From positions 4,030,001-4,094,000 of the forward strand of contig CM120646.1 of assembly GCA_051362555.1 (NCBI GenBank): 64,000 nt of DNA, in the 5' to 3' direction. This DNA is from Lingula anatina. Lineage: Eukaryota > Animalia > Brachiopoda. The position numbers were made by a program, and so were the translations under genes. The notes below the pieces were generated by a model that saw only the letters and a program-made list of their open reading frames with translations, made no database searches and was not told the DNA's origin. Shown here piece by piece: positions 11,998 to 25,100 of the stretch (the first letter of the stretch is position 1; every line of letters begins with the position of its first letter).

Positions 11998-14302
11998 TAC
12001 CGTTTTTTAATTTTTATTTGTTTGTTTCGTTGGCTCTGTGTACTTCTGCTGGAATTTGTCTTTCGAGTTTTCGCATAAAGCGAACATTCTGGCTTCTCTA
12101 CTGCAATGCACTTTAATGTACACTTCTCTCGGTAAAAATTGTTACTGAATACCCACTATAGTATGTGTGGACAAGACAACAAATACAGACAAATCACTAA
12201 GAGACGGCAGATGTAATTAGAAACACTCTTAATTTTTAGATGGATTGGAAATTTATCGTACCATTGCTAAGCCAATGGGAGTCGCCAAAATGATACAGCA
12301 AAACATTAGTTCATTTAACGCATAAAACATATCCCCGGAAGCATGGAATGTTATTGACTGATAAGTTATCATCAGCTAATTATCCGAAATTTCCTTTTTA
12401 GCCTGTTACGTGCTTTTGAAACGTCAAGTATGATTGATTATATAGCGCGCGGACAGAGCATCTGTCATATACGTTATCTGTAATTCAAGATAATCTAATC
12501 TTGCCATATATTACATGAGCTAGTAGTAGAACTGCCAATGTAGGAGTTCTTTGGGTGCAGTGATAATTTGGTTGTATTTTGTATTTGTATTAATTTTTCG
12601 CGCACCGTTGTTGCCTCTCCCCTCAACTAAACGCGGTCATGTTGGCAAAGGCCCTTAGATTTTTCGGTTCACCATTGTCTGATCATCAGTACCGTTGCCA
12701 TAGAAATACAAAAATTAGAAATTAAATGTAACGAATGTCTCGTCTTTCAAGGAGTGTTGCCAAAACACAGACATCGAAAACAGCATCTGGCTATGTAATG
12801 ACACAGAAATGGAAACTTATAACAATGAAGCAAATGTTAGCTGACATCGCTATATATTTTTGTCAAAATTATCAAGGTTGGCAAAGAGACTGGTTTTGAG
12901 CTATTCATTGATATCTGTTAAAATATTGCTTTGTTTGCGATTTATGAATGGTTTAATTATCAAACATATACGGAAATGTTAACATGAAGCATAAGAAAGT
13001 ACAAAAGAATATAATAGTTTGCTGCCTGGCCAATATACTTTCTGGGTAATAGATACGGTAACATTTAGTGAAGTGCAACTGTAGTAGTGGGATTACTGAA
13101 GTGATTTTAGAGTTGAAAAATGCATCGTTGCCATATCTCCTTTTTGAACAATTACGACAAATATGTGCTTTTACAATTATTTCATTTGACCAACTTCATT
13201 GAGAGTTTACCTAGCATTGAATCCAGCGCTGGAAAGTGTTCCTCAAAAATTATTCAATGTGTATAAGAGGTAACTTGCCGGCAGTTTGAGTACCCATCTT
13301 GTATACATGTATGATTGCCTATCACGTAAAATTGAAGGCCTTTTTTAACATAAGACAGAAGGAATCATTCGAGGTACATCGGTTGACTTATATATGCTTT
13401 TGTCAGATTTCAGAAATTTAAGAAATGCAAAGGTTTTATCATTTTTCTGGAAGTGCAGCAGCAAACGAGTAGGACCCGGTAACTCTGTACAGCGAATGTC
13501 ATTGTTAATGTCAGCACAATTCCCTACCTTCTATCAGGACCACAGAGAGCTTTTTCAACTAATATGAACAAACATTTCTCTGGCTAATTCTGGATACATT
13601 TTTGCACTGTGACCTACGAGAAAAATTACAAAAAAAAAAAAAAAAAAAAAAAATGACTTCACCAACCTGCTGCCCTCTGGTGGGCAGTATCGATTTCCCG
13701 CCATCTTGACCTGTTGACCTTCCGTCTCATCTGCGGTTTTCAATTATAAAATCAATTTCAATAATTGGGCATTGGTTTCGAAAACTTTAATATTCCCAGT
13801 CTAACATTTAAAGGACAATTGACATTCCCAATTAGGAAATTGATGCACAAAGGGGAGATATAGTTATATAGGGTTCAGTCTTTTGTTTGCCAAGTTAAAC
13901 TCTAATGTGATATGTAGAAGATGTGAGAGCCAATCAAGGACGTCAATTGACGTTCTTGGGCCAATTTAGTGGTTGCATTACACCGCAATTACGACTAATG
14001 TCCAGGGTTCAGTCTTTCAACATTCGACTTATGCGTAATATTTGTCTTGTTTCTTAAAAAAAAAAAACATCTACAAAACTATCTGCCAACATACGCCAGG
14101 CGACAGGCAATGGCGGTACGTTTTCCCCGTTCTCGTTTTGTTCACCCTGTACCAGTATAAACCGGTAGAGGTTCTCCATTCCACTCCCTTCTTACGTTCG
14201 TTCTCGTTGTATAGGCAAACAAAACCCGTAAAGAGCAGCGTTTGGCCGATATTAAAATGTGCTTTTCTACCATCTCTCATTTGATTAAACGCCCAACGTC
14301 CC

Positions 14303-14405
14303 ACTTACTTACTTTTGCCTGTTACCCTTGGTAGGGTGCAGGCCACCTGCAAGTCCCCTCGAGCTCCATCTGTCTCGGTCCTGCGTTCTCGATGTCTCAA
14401 GTTGC
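14303..14405 (-). mobile_element. 3' fragment of an RTE-clade LINE (5'-truncated, degenerate)
   Basis: The minus strand reads ACG CAG GAC CGA GAC AGA TGG (TQDRDRW, resembling the ORF2 C-terminal AQDRxxWR motif), then ggtggcctg...gggtaacaggc and an (AAGT)n tail. Confidence 0.62.
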
Positions 14406-17400
14406 TTAGACACCGTTCCTACCGAACCGACTATTTTTCAAGAGCGCATTAGTGTTTTAGCACTTAAACGGAATATGACAAATCGACGACATCGTTTCAA
14501 GTCATAACATCAAATGCATATGAGGGAGAAAATACTTGTCGCAGAAAAAAAAACTACAACAATTATAATTCTCTTACCGTTCCATAAGAACTTTTTCATG
14601 CACTCTGCAACATTAGATAAATGGAATTTATTGAATTTTTCTCTGCGTTTTGAACTGCGAGCATCATTTGTCATCTTCCTGCAAAAGCACTTAACGTTTT
14701 GTTGGTTGGTTTCAGAGCGCATTTATTTTGGCACGCTTGGAGTAATGAACAAACCGACCACAGACAACAGATACATTTCAGTTAATACCATGTATACGCT
14801 TTAGGCATGTAATTTAAGCCGGGTCGAGCATCAGTGGAATACCCTTAAGAGACAGCAAAGTTACGTGTACCCAAAAATGTATAACGAAGACGTATTATAA
14901 GGCTGTTTGCAAATATAATATCATCATTCCAGCAGGAGCAAATACACGTATTGCAGCCTTGAGGCAATACAATTAAACAGTAGAAATAAAACCAAGCTTG
15001 TATCTCAGAGTAAACAAAGTATATCGTTTCTAAAGCGACTGAACGTATTTCTTTTCCTATGGGAAACGACATTAAGACCCTTCATCAAAGCCTTGGTCAC
15101 GTGACTGACACGTCATCGTGCATGGTTTTCAAATGTGTATATATGTACACAGTGCATTTATGGGTGTTGTAGTATGAATAACAAATCGATATAAATTTAT
15201 TCATTTTTGTAAAATCCCTCATCGAAGATCGACTCCGTATTCTTCGATCCACATGTACCTAAGACAAGGTTCGCAGCCAAGTTGACGGCATTATGAGCCG
15301 TAGTTAATTGTTGACATTTGTATGAAAATTTTAAAAAAATCTACAGCGTCACTGACAGCATATACAGCATATACATTGTACCACCATGAAATTGCCAAAA
15401 CCTGTTTGTTGAACAATCAAAACACAAAATGTACACTCATTAAAGGGTAGTACTTCTAAGGTTGCTAATCTCTACCGACTTTGGTTTGGATCCCCCACTT
15501 TCAGTCTACAGTAACTGTCGTTATAGACTGTCCGTGAGCGTCCTCCATTATATTCGTACGGGTTAGGGTAAGCATGATGTATGTGGGCTAAAATCTGAGG
15601 ATGGGACTTATAAAATCAATTGGCACCGCTATATCTAAGAGGCTCTAGCGTAGGCCTACATGACACTGGATCCCATTTTTTACTCATTGTTAAAAAAGAT
15701 ACCGTTTTAAAAAGTCCTATTTTTAAATTGAGAAATTATAGAGATGATTCCGAGATCATTGATATTAATTGTATGGACGTAATTCTGACGTCAAATAATG
15801 CGCCCCCTATCAGAACCCAACTCTAATGAAACTATAAACCATTGTGGCTAAATATGTTTTTGTCAATAATTGTTCTCATTGCTAACAAATAAAAGGCTCT
15901 CATTGTTTAAAAAAAGGGGGCGTGGGTAATCCAGCGTAATTTTAAGGTGTTATCTTTTTGGCTGGAAGTCAATATATAATAGCTAGCTTGTTTGCGCAAC
16001 AGTGTATCGTGTATCTTTCCAATTGCCTTTTTTTAATATCCACTGTGTGTCCTGCAAAAAGATCGTGTTTGTCATGTTTATCACGAACTTCTTTCACATA
16101 ACGGCAGCGTGTTCATTCTGTTTCTATGCTGAAATTAAGAAAACCTTTGTTATCAGAGACCATCCCTCTTCTTTGCCCACATCATATTTGAAATAACATT
16201 GTCCCTATAAAAGAAAAGATTGCTTTCAATTTTTCGTACAATTAGATGACTATAATAGAGACCATCAAGATGCTAACAAAGAAAGGTGCACTTATTCATT
16301 ATATGTAGGAGCAAAAAATCGATGGATGTGCAGGTTCTTCATTTGCCGTCCCTCTAATTCAAACGAACTTATTACGCGAGTTCCTCTAACTCTGTATTAT
16401 CTGTAATCACGAAAACTTCTCTCCTGATGTGTGTTGATTGACTGGAATTGAAATTAGTTCTGACAGATTTTCTTCAGGGACAGCTACTGCATAAGACTTA
16501 ATCTAATAGTTAAACACGTAATGCATTTTACATGATGCCTCTATCGCTGGACAAAATCGCTCTTTGAGTGAACCTTTTGCGTGGATGTCGAAGCTCAAGT
16601 TACCTTGAAAATTCGTGATTATGCTCGACCGGTCTATGACCGCTGACGCAGAGTGTATTGTTATGTCGTCTCATCAGGCCTGTTCTACAAAGCTCCTGGG
16701 ATAAACTAAAACTACTAAAATCGGATAGCTTGCAATGCTAAGTTGTCTTTGCAACATAGATCTCAATTTAATTGATATTTGTCTAGTAAACAAAAAAAGA
16801 TTACGAAAACATTTACATTACATTGCTCTAGGATAAAAATAGTAAAAATGTCCATGGTTTTTAAACAATTAAATTGTTTTAACAAACTACTGCTTTGGTG
16901 ATAATGAACATATCGTATTTAATCCTTGACATCCTTGGGAAGCAACACTTTTTCTTCTACAAATAACTCCTCCACATTTGTGAATCCTGCTAATGGACAA
17001 AACTACCACATCAACAACTCAACTACCTTGTATTACAGGTGGCTATAGCGAGGGGTTATTACTGGAAACAACAACAAATGTTTGAAATATTCAGCAGCAA
17101 AGTTGTTAAGGCTCACAGAGGGTGTGATTATAAGGGCATGATTACCATCAGCTTGAGTAGTTACGTGGAACAACAAGGCTGGTACAGTCACAGTGCACAC
17201 TCGTTGGACAAAATATTTAGGATACCTAATAAAGACAGTCTCTATAATTATATTAGGGGATATGTATACATGAAAAAAGACGTTTTATTGAAAATTTGAG
17301 CAATGTTATATGTGGCCAATAGGGACCAGTTCTGAAAACATTAGGTACTGTAGCGGTTTATATTCACTTTTCTAATATTATATTTAAAGGACAATGTTCA

Positions 17401-20400
17401 TGTAAAAATCCATTTCTCGAATTTTGAATATACATCACTCAATCTATACACTAGAGGTATGTTTTAATCGATCCCCGCCATTTAAAAATTATAAAAACAA
17501 TCTATTAGTAGAAAAAAAAGCGTTTTAGTAAACCTCACCTCAATATGCAAAAATGAAGCAACAGATCTGGGTCACGTGGTACTGTGACGACAATCACGAT
17601 AAAGGTCTATGAGACTCAACTGAGCTGCATGGTGCCTACAGACGGAGAAGTTAAGGAAAGTTGTGTTGAACGGAGTTGAGGAATTTTCGTTATGCCTCGG
17701 TGTGTTGCCGTGGAATTCACCAAAATTGCAGCTCTCGTTGACAACGAGTTGACAACTTTCTTTGTCTGTGACGGTCTTCCGTGACTTACTTACTAAATTC
17801 GGTGACAATAGTTGCGATGCTCTAGATCATGGTCACCTCAGGTGGTTTAGATCATATCAAGAGCTGGTAGTCTTTCAGATTAACTGTCATCAGTTGGCAA
17901 ACTTACTGATTGCTGATGCATTTTAAATGCATTGTAGTTGACCAAAAGCTCGTTTACAACAAACCTGTTAATTATGCACCGCTGCAATTCCCAAGCCAGG
18001 TAATAACAGGTATGAAACTCGTCTTGGTGGGCTTTCATATTTTTCAATATATCTCATTTATTTCATGGGGTTATTTTATTGGTATTTGTAAATGACGTTA
18101 AATATCAATACTTAAACAATTAAGTTCAAACACGGTCGCGAACATTAATAAAAGAAATTGCTCTCAGGGTATCTTGAAGCTTCCGTGGAAGAAAACGTGT
18201 TGAGGAAAAACAGGAAAAAGAGCGTTATATTAAAGAAAAAATGGGAACTGCTATAATAAAATGGTTCGTTATCCTAATTCGTTTATGCTTTGAGGATTTG
18301 TTTCTGAAGATTATTTCATCTGAAATATTAAATAATTTAAAAGATTGATTATTTTATAACTTGAAACGCAAATTCTGCGTCAGTACGCAATTTTTTTTTT
18401 TTTTTGCAAATTTGTAAGCTTATAACACCGTGCTATAAAGATCTACTCAAGAAAAAAATTTGCTTGGGTAAAATTGAGTACGGAATGAACTGGAGACACT
18501 TGGCTTGTCATTAAGTTTACACGAAAATATGTCAGGTAACTTTATACTGTCTTTGAAAGAGTAAAGATTGAAAGATAATTTTAGACAAACTTTGACGGGG
18601 GAAATACCTACAAAGAGTAATGGGCTATTTCGCCAACATCTTGTTGAAAATTTTACACTGCAATTCTATTCAAATAAGCTAAGGAACTAATTGCAAAATT
18701 AATACTCTTATCACATAACAGGGGGGTAACCAGACCTGCAAAAATTGTACGCACATATTTAAAGAGATTACAAGCACATACAGCAAAATGTAGACTTACG
18801 CAAAACATGAAGGACAGCGTAATCACAGCAAATATACCTCATATAGTAGCTTAATTTCCATTAATAATAAAATCATCATTTAAGTCAAAAATATTCTTGC
18901 GATTTAATAACTATTTTAATTTACCCAGAACGGTATATTTATTTTAAAGGCGGTTAACTGAAATATAGTTTTATGATTTGTTTGTGAAAATTGCCCATGT
19001 CACCCTGTTAGTTTGGAGGTCTAAGCTGGATCAAGTCCGTGTTAAAATTCCTATGAAGTTGTGCAGGAAAAATTCTTCCTTTCTTTCTCCTCGATAAACC
19101 TGGTGTTCAGATTTTATCTAGTACCCCCAGGTCTACGGGAGCTGCGCTTTGTAACTAACGCACAGGTAGATTTTTACCTGAGATAACTGGAGTAAAGCTT
19201 AGATAGAGAGTGCGTTCGATACAAGCAAGACAAATTGAATGCCATTTAACCCTCTAATTAAGAGGTAAAGGAAGTTCCAGTTAGATGGATGATTAAGATA
19301 GGACTTGTAAAGGTAACAGGCATTGTTTACCTCAGTTTAATAAAAGTATGCAAGACGGAGTGTCAGCGGTTTAATAAAATAAATTGAATTTCACAAATAA
19401 CATGGACCTCATATGCAATAATCAACATTTCCCGTAACTCATTCAAATGCAGTGTTTTATACAACTTGGGATAACCATAATGAAATGCTTGTTAAAGAAA
19501 TGACTAGACGGGAAATGGTTTTACACAGCTTCACGAGGATTTAGACCCCTCGGGTAAGAGATTTGAATGAGTATAAACTTTTATCAGAAGCCAGAGAAGT
19601 CATCTTACAGGTAGACAATGCAGCTCAGTTTGACAGCTAAGCACGCTCTGTTCTCCAGTGGCTCGATTGTCGTCATTGGACCACATGACCACGTAGCTCA
19701 TTAACTCCCAGGAAGAGCAAATAGGACGTTTTTTAAAGCCAAAAATTTACAAAGTGAGCTTTTAATTTGTGTATTTGGATAAAGATATCGTTAGTTGGGC
19801 ATGTTTTCTGAAGAATATGTTCCGTTCAGGCCATTCTGACGGCATGAAGCAAACCCTTTAAGTAAAAAAATTGATAGACCTTAAGGTTTAAAATTAAATT
19901 GTATTAAGGTACAAACAAGGTATGTTTAAATATGTGGTACTTGCATTTGCCGTGTTGCATCTTGTTATTCATGTTGATATTACATGATACCATTATTGAT
20001 TTATTTCTTCCTTAAGCAAAGACACCAAGAAAGCGATGTCATTATTCTTTGTGTTCACATTATCCAGGACGGCGCAGATGTTATACGTCTACAAGGCTGA
20101 TTTCTAAGTCTAATGGTACCATCAGGAAAATTAAACAATTCCAACAAGAGATTACTTGTACTTCCCTCAGAGTATTCTAAAACCAAAATAACAATACAAG
20201 ATATGCGACAGATGCAACAGTTTGAATTCTCTTGGCGATTCCAATCGAACACGATTGAAAGGCACGGCGAAGAAGCACACGCTGTCAGAGATCATAAAGC
20301 AAGCAACAGTCCCAAAGGTACAGATTCTGCCAAACAACGAAAGAACCCAACAGGAAGCAAGCCCTCTTGGACTAATTAGACTGAACAATAAAAACGAGAT

Positions 20401-22247
20401 AATTTAATTAGCATCATTCCCCGGTGTATTATAAATGCAGTTTAATATCCATTTGCACGAGTCATAGGTGATGACCTGAAAGATTTCTCTGTAAAAACAG
20501 TTGTGTATCATGTACAGAAAAGAGGTGTATCAGCCTAGACAAATAACTGAACTTAATAAAACTGAGTGCTGTTTTCCGAACTTGTTTTTGCCTTTCGCTA
20601 GCTGTTGTGATCAGGACCTTTTTAGTCATTTTCAACAACAATGAACAGAACCCATATAGGCCCACTCTGAAACAGGAATTGCTCTTTTGGAACAGTTCCA
20701 CAGGAATGTAGATGCTAAAACGCGAAATTATGTGCTGTTGCCTTTATCGCTCTATCGTCCAGTGTGCTTGTTGATTATTAACAAACTGGCATATAAGTTT
20801 ATCCAACAACGAGAATATGCAGTTTACACATTCAGCATTATACTGTACATATACGGCCATATAGGGGTAATGAACCAAGAAAAGGGCACAGTATATGTAA
20901 TGTGAATTATTAATTTGTAAAGGGTAATGACAATGATTAGCTGTAATGCAACTGTTTTAAATTAAATTCTGAAATGAAGTCCGTCATGTTGTTTCAACTT
21001 TGATCTAACGTTTTGATTACCCATGGAACGAAAGAAAGGTGTTTACCTTACGCGAAATAAACACGGGAGAAGAAACGAATGTTTCCATAATGCATTAAGT
21101 ATCGGTAAAAAGAGTAGATAACCGCGTTCCAATGGAGAAGAGAGAGAAACAAAAGAAGCCTGCGTGTAAGGCTTTTAAGTCAAAATTAAGACTGCTAGAA
21201 AGTAAAGTGTTTTTATGCGTAACTGATAACCATATGCTGTATAATATTTCGGTCATGAAATAGTTACATTTAAGTTCTGTAATCAATCATTTGGACTCCC
21301 ACTTTGATTATATGCTCAATTAGTTATAGTAAAACTGTGAAATATTTCAGTACAGTTTGTCATAAATGAAAGCGTTCTTTCTTACATTAAAAGTAATCGG
21401 TTACACTTACAGTCCATTTCGGAGAAAGGCGCTGGACCTTATACGACGGCTTTACGGTCATGGCGAAGGCAGCTTATCGTCGGTGGAACATGTAGAATAT
21501 GCAGTCTCTTGTTCTGTGTCAGGGTGAATATGCGGGTAGTAGCAGTAATGAATGATAATGTCTGACACAAATGATTCGAGAAGTTTAAAGTTCACTAGCT
21601 TGGAGATATCTACCACGCGTATGCGTACGAAAACGGAGTGCAAGGATCGCACTATTGCTGCCAGTGATCACTGCGCGGCTATGAATAGAGTCACGCAATC
21701 ACACTTGCTAATAATTTGCTTGCTATGCCAGAGTGTTAGGCTTTTAATTCTGTTTGTTTTTAATTAACGGGTAACGGTTTCCCAAAGTAATATCTGTTCA
21801 CTCTTCGAAATCCTGTACGTATAGAAGTGTAATGTTAAATTTATTGTATTTCATTTAACTTGATTTTTTTTATATCGCGTTGGCACCATTTGGCCTCGGG
21901 CGTGTTTTCAATTAAGATTTTTAACGTTCTGTTTACAGACATTGTAAACCAAGAGAGTGTGAGTATATAGAAACTACTTCTTTGTATAACGACATCAATA
22001 CCAATTACGAATATTTTCCAGACGCACTGGATTATACATACATTCGTACATTTCAAGAAGTGACAGCTCACGGCAGCCCGCCTGAATGTGATTGCATATT
22101 AAGTTCAAACACGAAAAATCACGGGGGACGTTCACTTTGGATAGCACTGGGGATTAAATATAATTCACCTAGATGCAATTTTATTCAAATAAAGATTGAA
22201 AGTGGAATTTCACTGGGCGGTTCCGTACAGGTGGTATGAGTTCGAAA

Positions 22248-22452
22248 CAGGGGCGGATCCAGGATTATTTATAGGGGGGGGGGCGCGGATGAGAAGACGT
22301 CGGTATTGTTGGTATTTTAGAGGACGATCTGGTACTATTTAAAAGTAGTCTAAATTCTAATTTCAAGAGGGGGCCATTGGTGTGATTTTTTATTCAGAAA
22401 TCATGGGGGGGTCAAGTCCACCCTGACCCCCCCCCCCCACCCTCCGCCACTG
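22248..22452. mobile_element. hAT-like MITE (CAGGGGCGGATCCAGG type)
   Basis: TIRs caggggcgga / tccgccactg with subterminal G and C runs. Degenerate 8-bp flanks gttcgaaa / gttggaca. Confidence 0.68.
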
Positions 22453-22939
22453 GTTGGACATTTCAACTATATCCCAGGGAATTTAGAAGGAAACCGAATG
22501 CCTAGGTGGACGTTCCTTGTCAATTTATCTGACGACAGCAATGGCAGCAGTTCGGTTATTTAATAAATTATGTCTGTTTGTTATTAAACCTCTTACTTTC
22601 AATATGTGATTGATGTCCAGTGACAAGTTTACTCTATCATTGTTGATATTGGAAGTCATTTTTGTATGCTGAGATGGTGCAGGAATGACGCGCTGTTATT
22701 GCTTTGCAATTGTGTAGCCTATTATTATCGGGGATTGCGTCTGAGACGGGAAGATTTATAGGTTGCAAAGAACAGAGCACAGACACTGAATGAGCAACGT
22801 ATTGATCTTGGATGTCATTGGAGAAGAGCTACCTGGTACTCAAAGATTCTTAAAGACAGTCTTAGTTGACAGGAAACCGTTCTTCCTCTTACAGGTCTCT
22901 TGGGTCCAATTTCCATGCACTTAGTTGAAGATATAATTG

Positions 22940-23130
22940 AATAGAACAGAATCACAGACAAACTATACCCGATATCAAGAAATGCATGTCACTCAAGTCA
23001 ATTTACAAAAAGGGCAATGTGCCAATTTTAGACTTAAATTGAATAGAGTCAAAGACAAAAATCAACCAAAGATCAAGGAATGGATGTCACATAAGTCGAC
23101 TTCACAAAAAGGGCAACGTGCCAATTTAAT
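22940..23130. repeat. Degenerate ~100-bp tandem duplication, 2 copies
   Basis: gaataga...tcaag.aatg.atgtcac..aagtc.a.tt.acaaaaagggcaaYgtgccaattt occurs twice. Confidence 0.75.
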
Positions 23131-24528
23131 AAGAAAACTTATACCCTTGTTATTAATCACGGAGTGGTTGGTGTGGAAATCCAGCGCTGTGGTTCAGATC
23201 GATCATTGCATTGTCTAGCCAGGACAGCCGTTTTCAGAGAATTTCACCTTACGTTAAAAGAAAAGGAAAGAGAAAAAAGACTGCCGTTCAGTGCTACAAA
23301 TATAGAGAACAAGAGATAATGATTAGATAGGCTACTCCAAAGTGTATTGAGATCCTTGAGGACGATTTGAAAGTATGAGTGTTTCCCTGATGAGTCCCGC
23401 GTGTCCTTTTTAATGAACGTTTGAGGGTGTGGCGAGGAGGAAAGTGAAGTGAAAAAATGATTGCCAGTTAGTTTTACCGTTCCATCATACAAAACTAGGA
23501 AAAGATGGGGGGAAAGAACGTTCTCCTGCAGAGTTTTTTGCGAATCTGTCCCACTTTACAAGACTGAAAATTATATTCGTACATTATTGAAAGCCGTTTC
23601 CACCCATTTGCACAAAACACAGTTTCAAGCTACGGCGTATTCTGGCTGAAATAAAATTGTTTGCAATGGATCATTATTTAAATTCTTGTTCTTATTAGTT
23701 TTATTGTTTTGTTCAGCTTTACTTTGAGCCGAATTACGAATTGCCGATGAATCGTACCAAAACACAACACAAGATTTACAAAAAAAAAGCCTTTGATTTC
23801 ACTATAGAAATTTAAAAATAACGTATATCAGAAAGGCGTTAATAGCAAAGAGAGTATCATTGCTGTCTGTCTGTATGATTAATGATGCACCAATATTGTG
23901 TGTACTAAAATACTACAACCTAAGACGTGAAAATTCTAATCTTAAACGAAGAATTGTACACTAGGCATTCCGCTCTGGCTCAAGAGTTTTTCAAATTGTA
24001 TGCTTTATGGACAATAAATTGGCGTTTGCGTGTATAAGATACATTATAAAACAATTCTAAGAAACTGAAAATGAGCACCGTTCCGATTACCTCAGATTCA
24101 GCGTATGACAATAACAGACACGTGGCGAAAATTGATCTATTATAACATGTTATTTGATGCAACTATCTGGTACATTTAATTTTCTTTGTATATTTGAAAC
24201 AGCCATCATAACATGTTATTTGAAACATTATATTGTAAAGGATATATTTTATCAAGAACTCTTTGTCCTTCGTATTGCTCTAATAGCCAAAATCGGTAAA
24301 TTGATCAAGAACAAACATTTAACATGACTGGATCTTTAAAAATTCTATGGCTAAATTTGTATCTTTAGGCGATAGGAACTCCTTCAAAGTAAATTATACG
24401 CCGGTATTTTTTATGTAACAAGTGTTATTTCATGCAATCCCCCTAGCAAACTTTATGGAAAGACTCTGACGTGAAAAAAAATTCCACCGGGCCGTATACT
24501 AGCTGTTTCAAAAAAACATCTTACTCAC

Positions 24529-24818
24529 CTCGTAAAATATAGATGTCAAATAAAAAGGCCGCCTATGGAGGAATAAAAATCAACTTGAGTGGATGAAAAC
24601 TTTGAATAAATTGCCGCCAGCCAACTGTGGTTTTCTGAGATGCCCCTCTGTTTTCTTTTCTCAAAAGACAGTGTTTGTGACAGATATCAATTTTATATTT
24701 TGGTCGACGACTGCGTCCCGAATTCTGCTGCTGCTGCCTTTTCTTTCGCCCTTGCTTTTGTCACATACGCAGACACATCGCATACTGATCCCCGTGGCGT
24801 TGATGTCATCTATTTATA
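24529..24818 (-). promoter_or_regulatory. Candidate TATA promoter and non-coding first exon, possibly of the GPCR
   Basis: TATAAATA on the minus strand (24818-24811) in a CpG-rich patch, followed ~280 nt downstream by a consensus donor GAG|GTGAGT at 24529/24528. The next minus-strand CDS is the GPCR, whose coding exon begins at an acceptor. Confidence 0.4.
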
Positions 24819-24928
24819 CTATTACGTCGCGGCCTTTCCTCAGCAGGCCCCAGAGTTCCAGGCGTTCATTACGACATGACTTGGTGAGGCAAAACAATAT
24901 GAAATTTTCCAGAAATTCGCACAGGTGT

Positions 24929-25100
24929 CAGTCCCATAGCCAACGATTTCAAAGAGGGTGTTGTTTTTCGGAGAAAAAAAGGGGGACCTTTTACTGTGAA
25001 ACCTTCGTGTACCTATCTAAAAATTTACCCAAAGGGGACATTTTCTTCGTAAAAAGGGCGGTTCGTGCGACTCCCCCAAACTCCCCTTGCCACGGACGTA
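24929..25100. mobile_element. Short non-autonomous DNA element, family B, copy 1
   Basis: Shares its body with 38390-38549 (cttttac..tgaaacc..gtgtac..aa.tttaccca.aggggac.ttttc..aaaaaggg). Starts cagtcccatagc. Confidence 0.65.

Noticed and set aside
17850-17900. Hammerhead-like core on the minus strand (CTGATGA...GAAA)
   Set aside because: The stem II closing pair and stems I and III do not form properly. Other CTGATGA hits (e.g. ~23388, ~16672) also lack a correctly placed GAAA.
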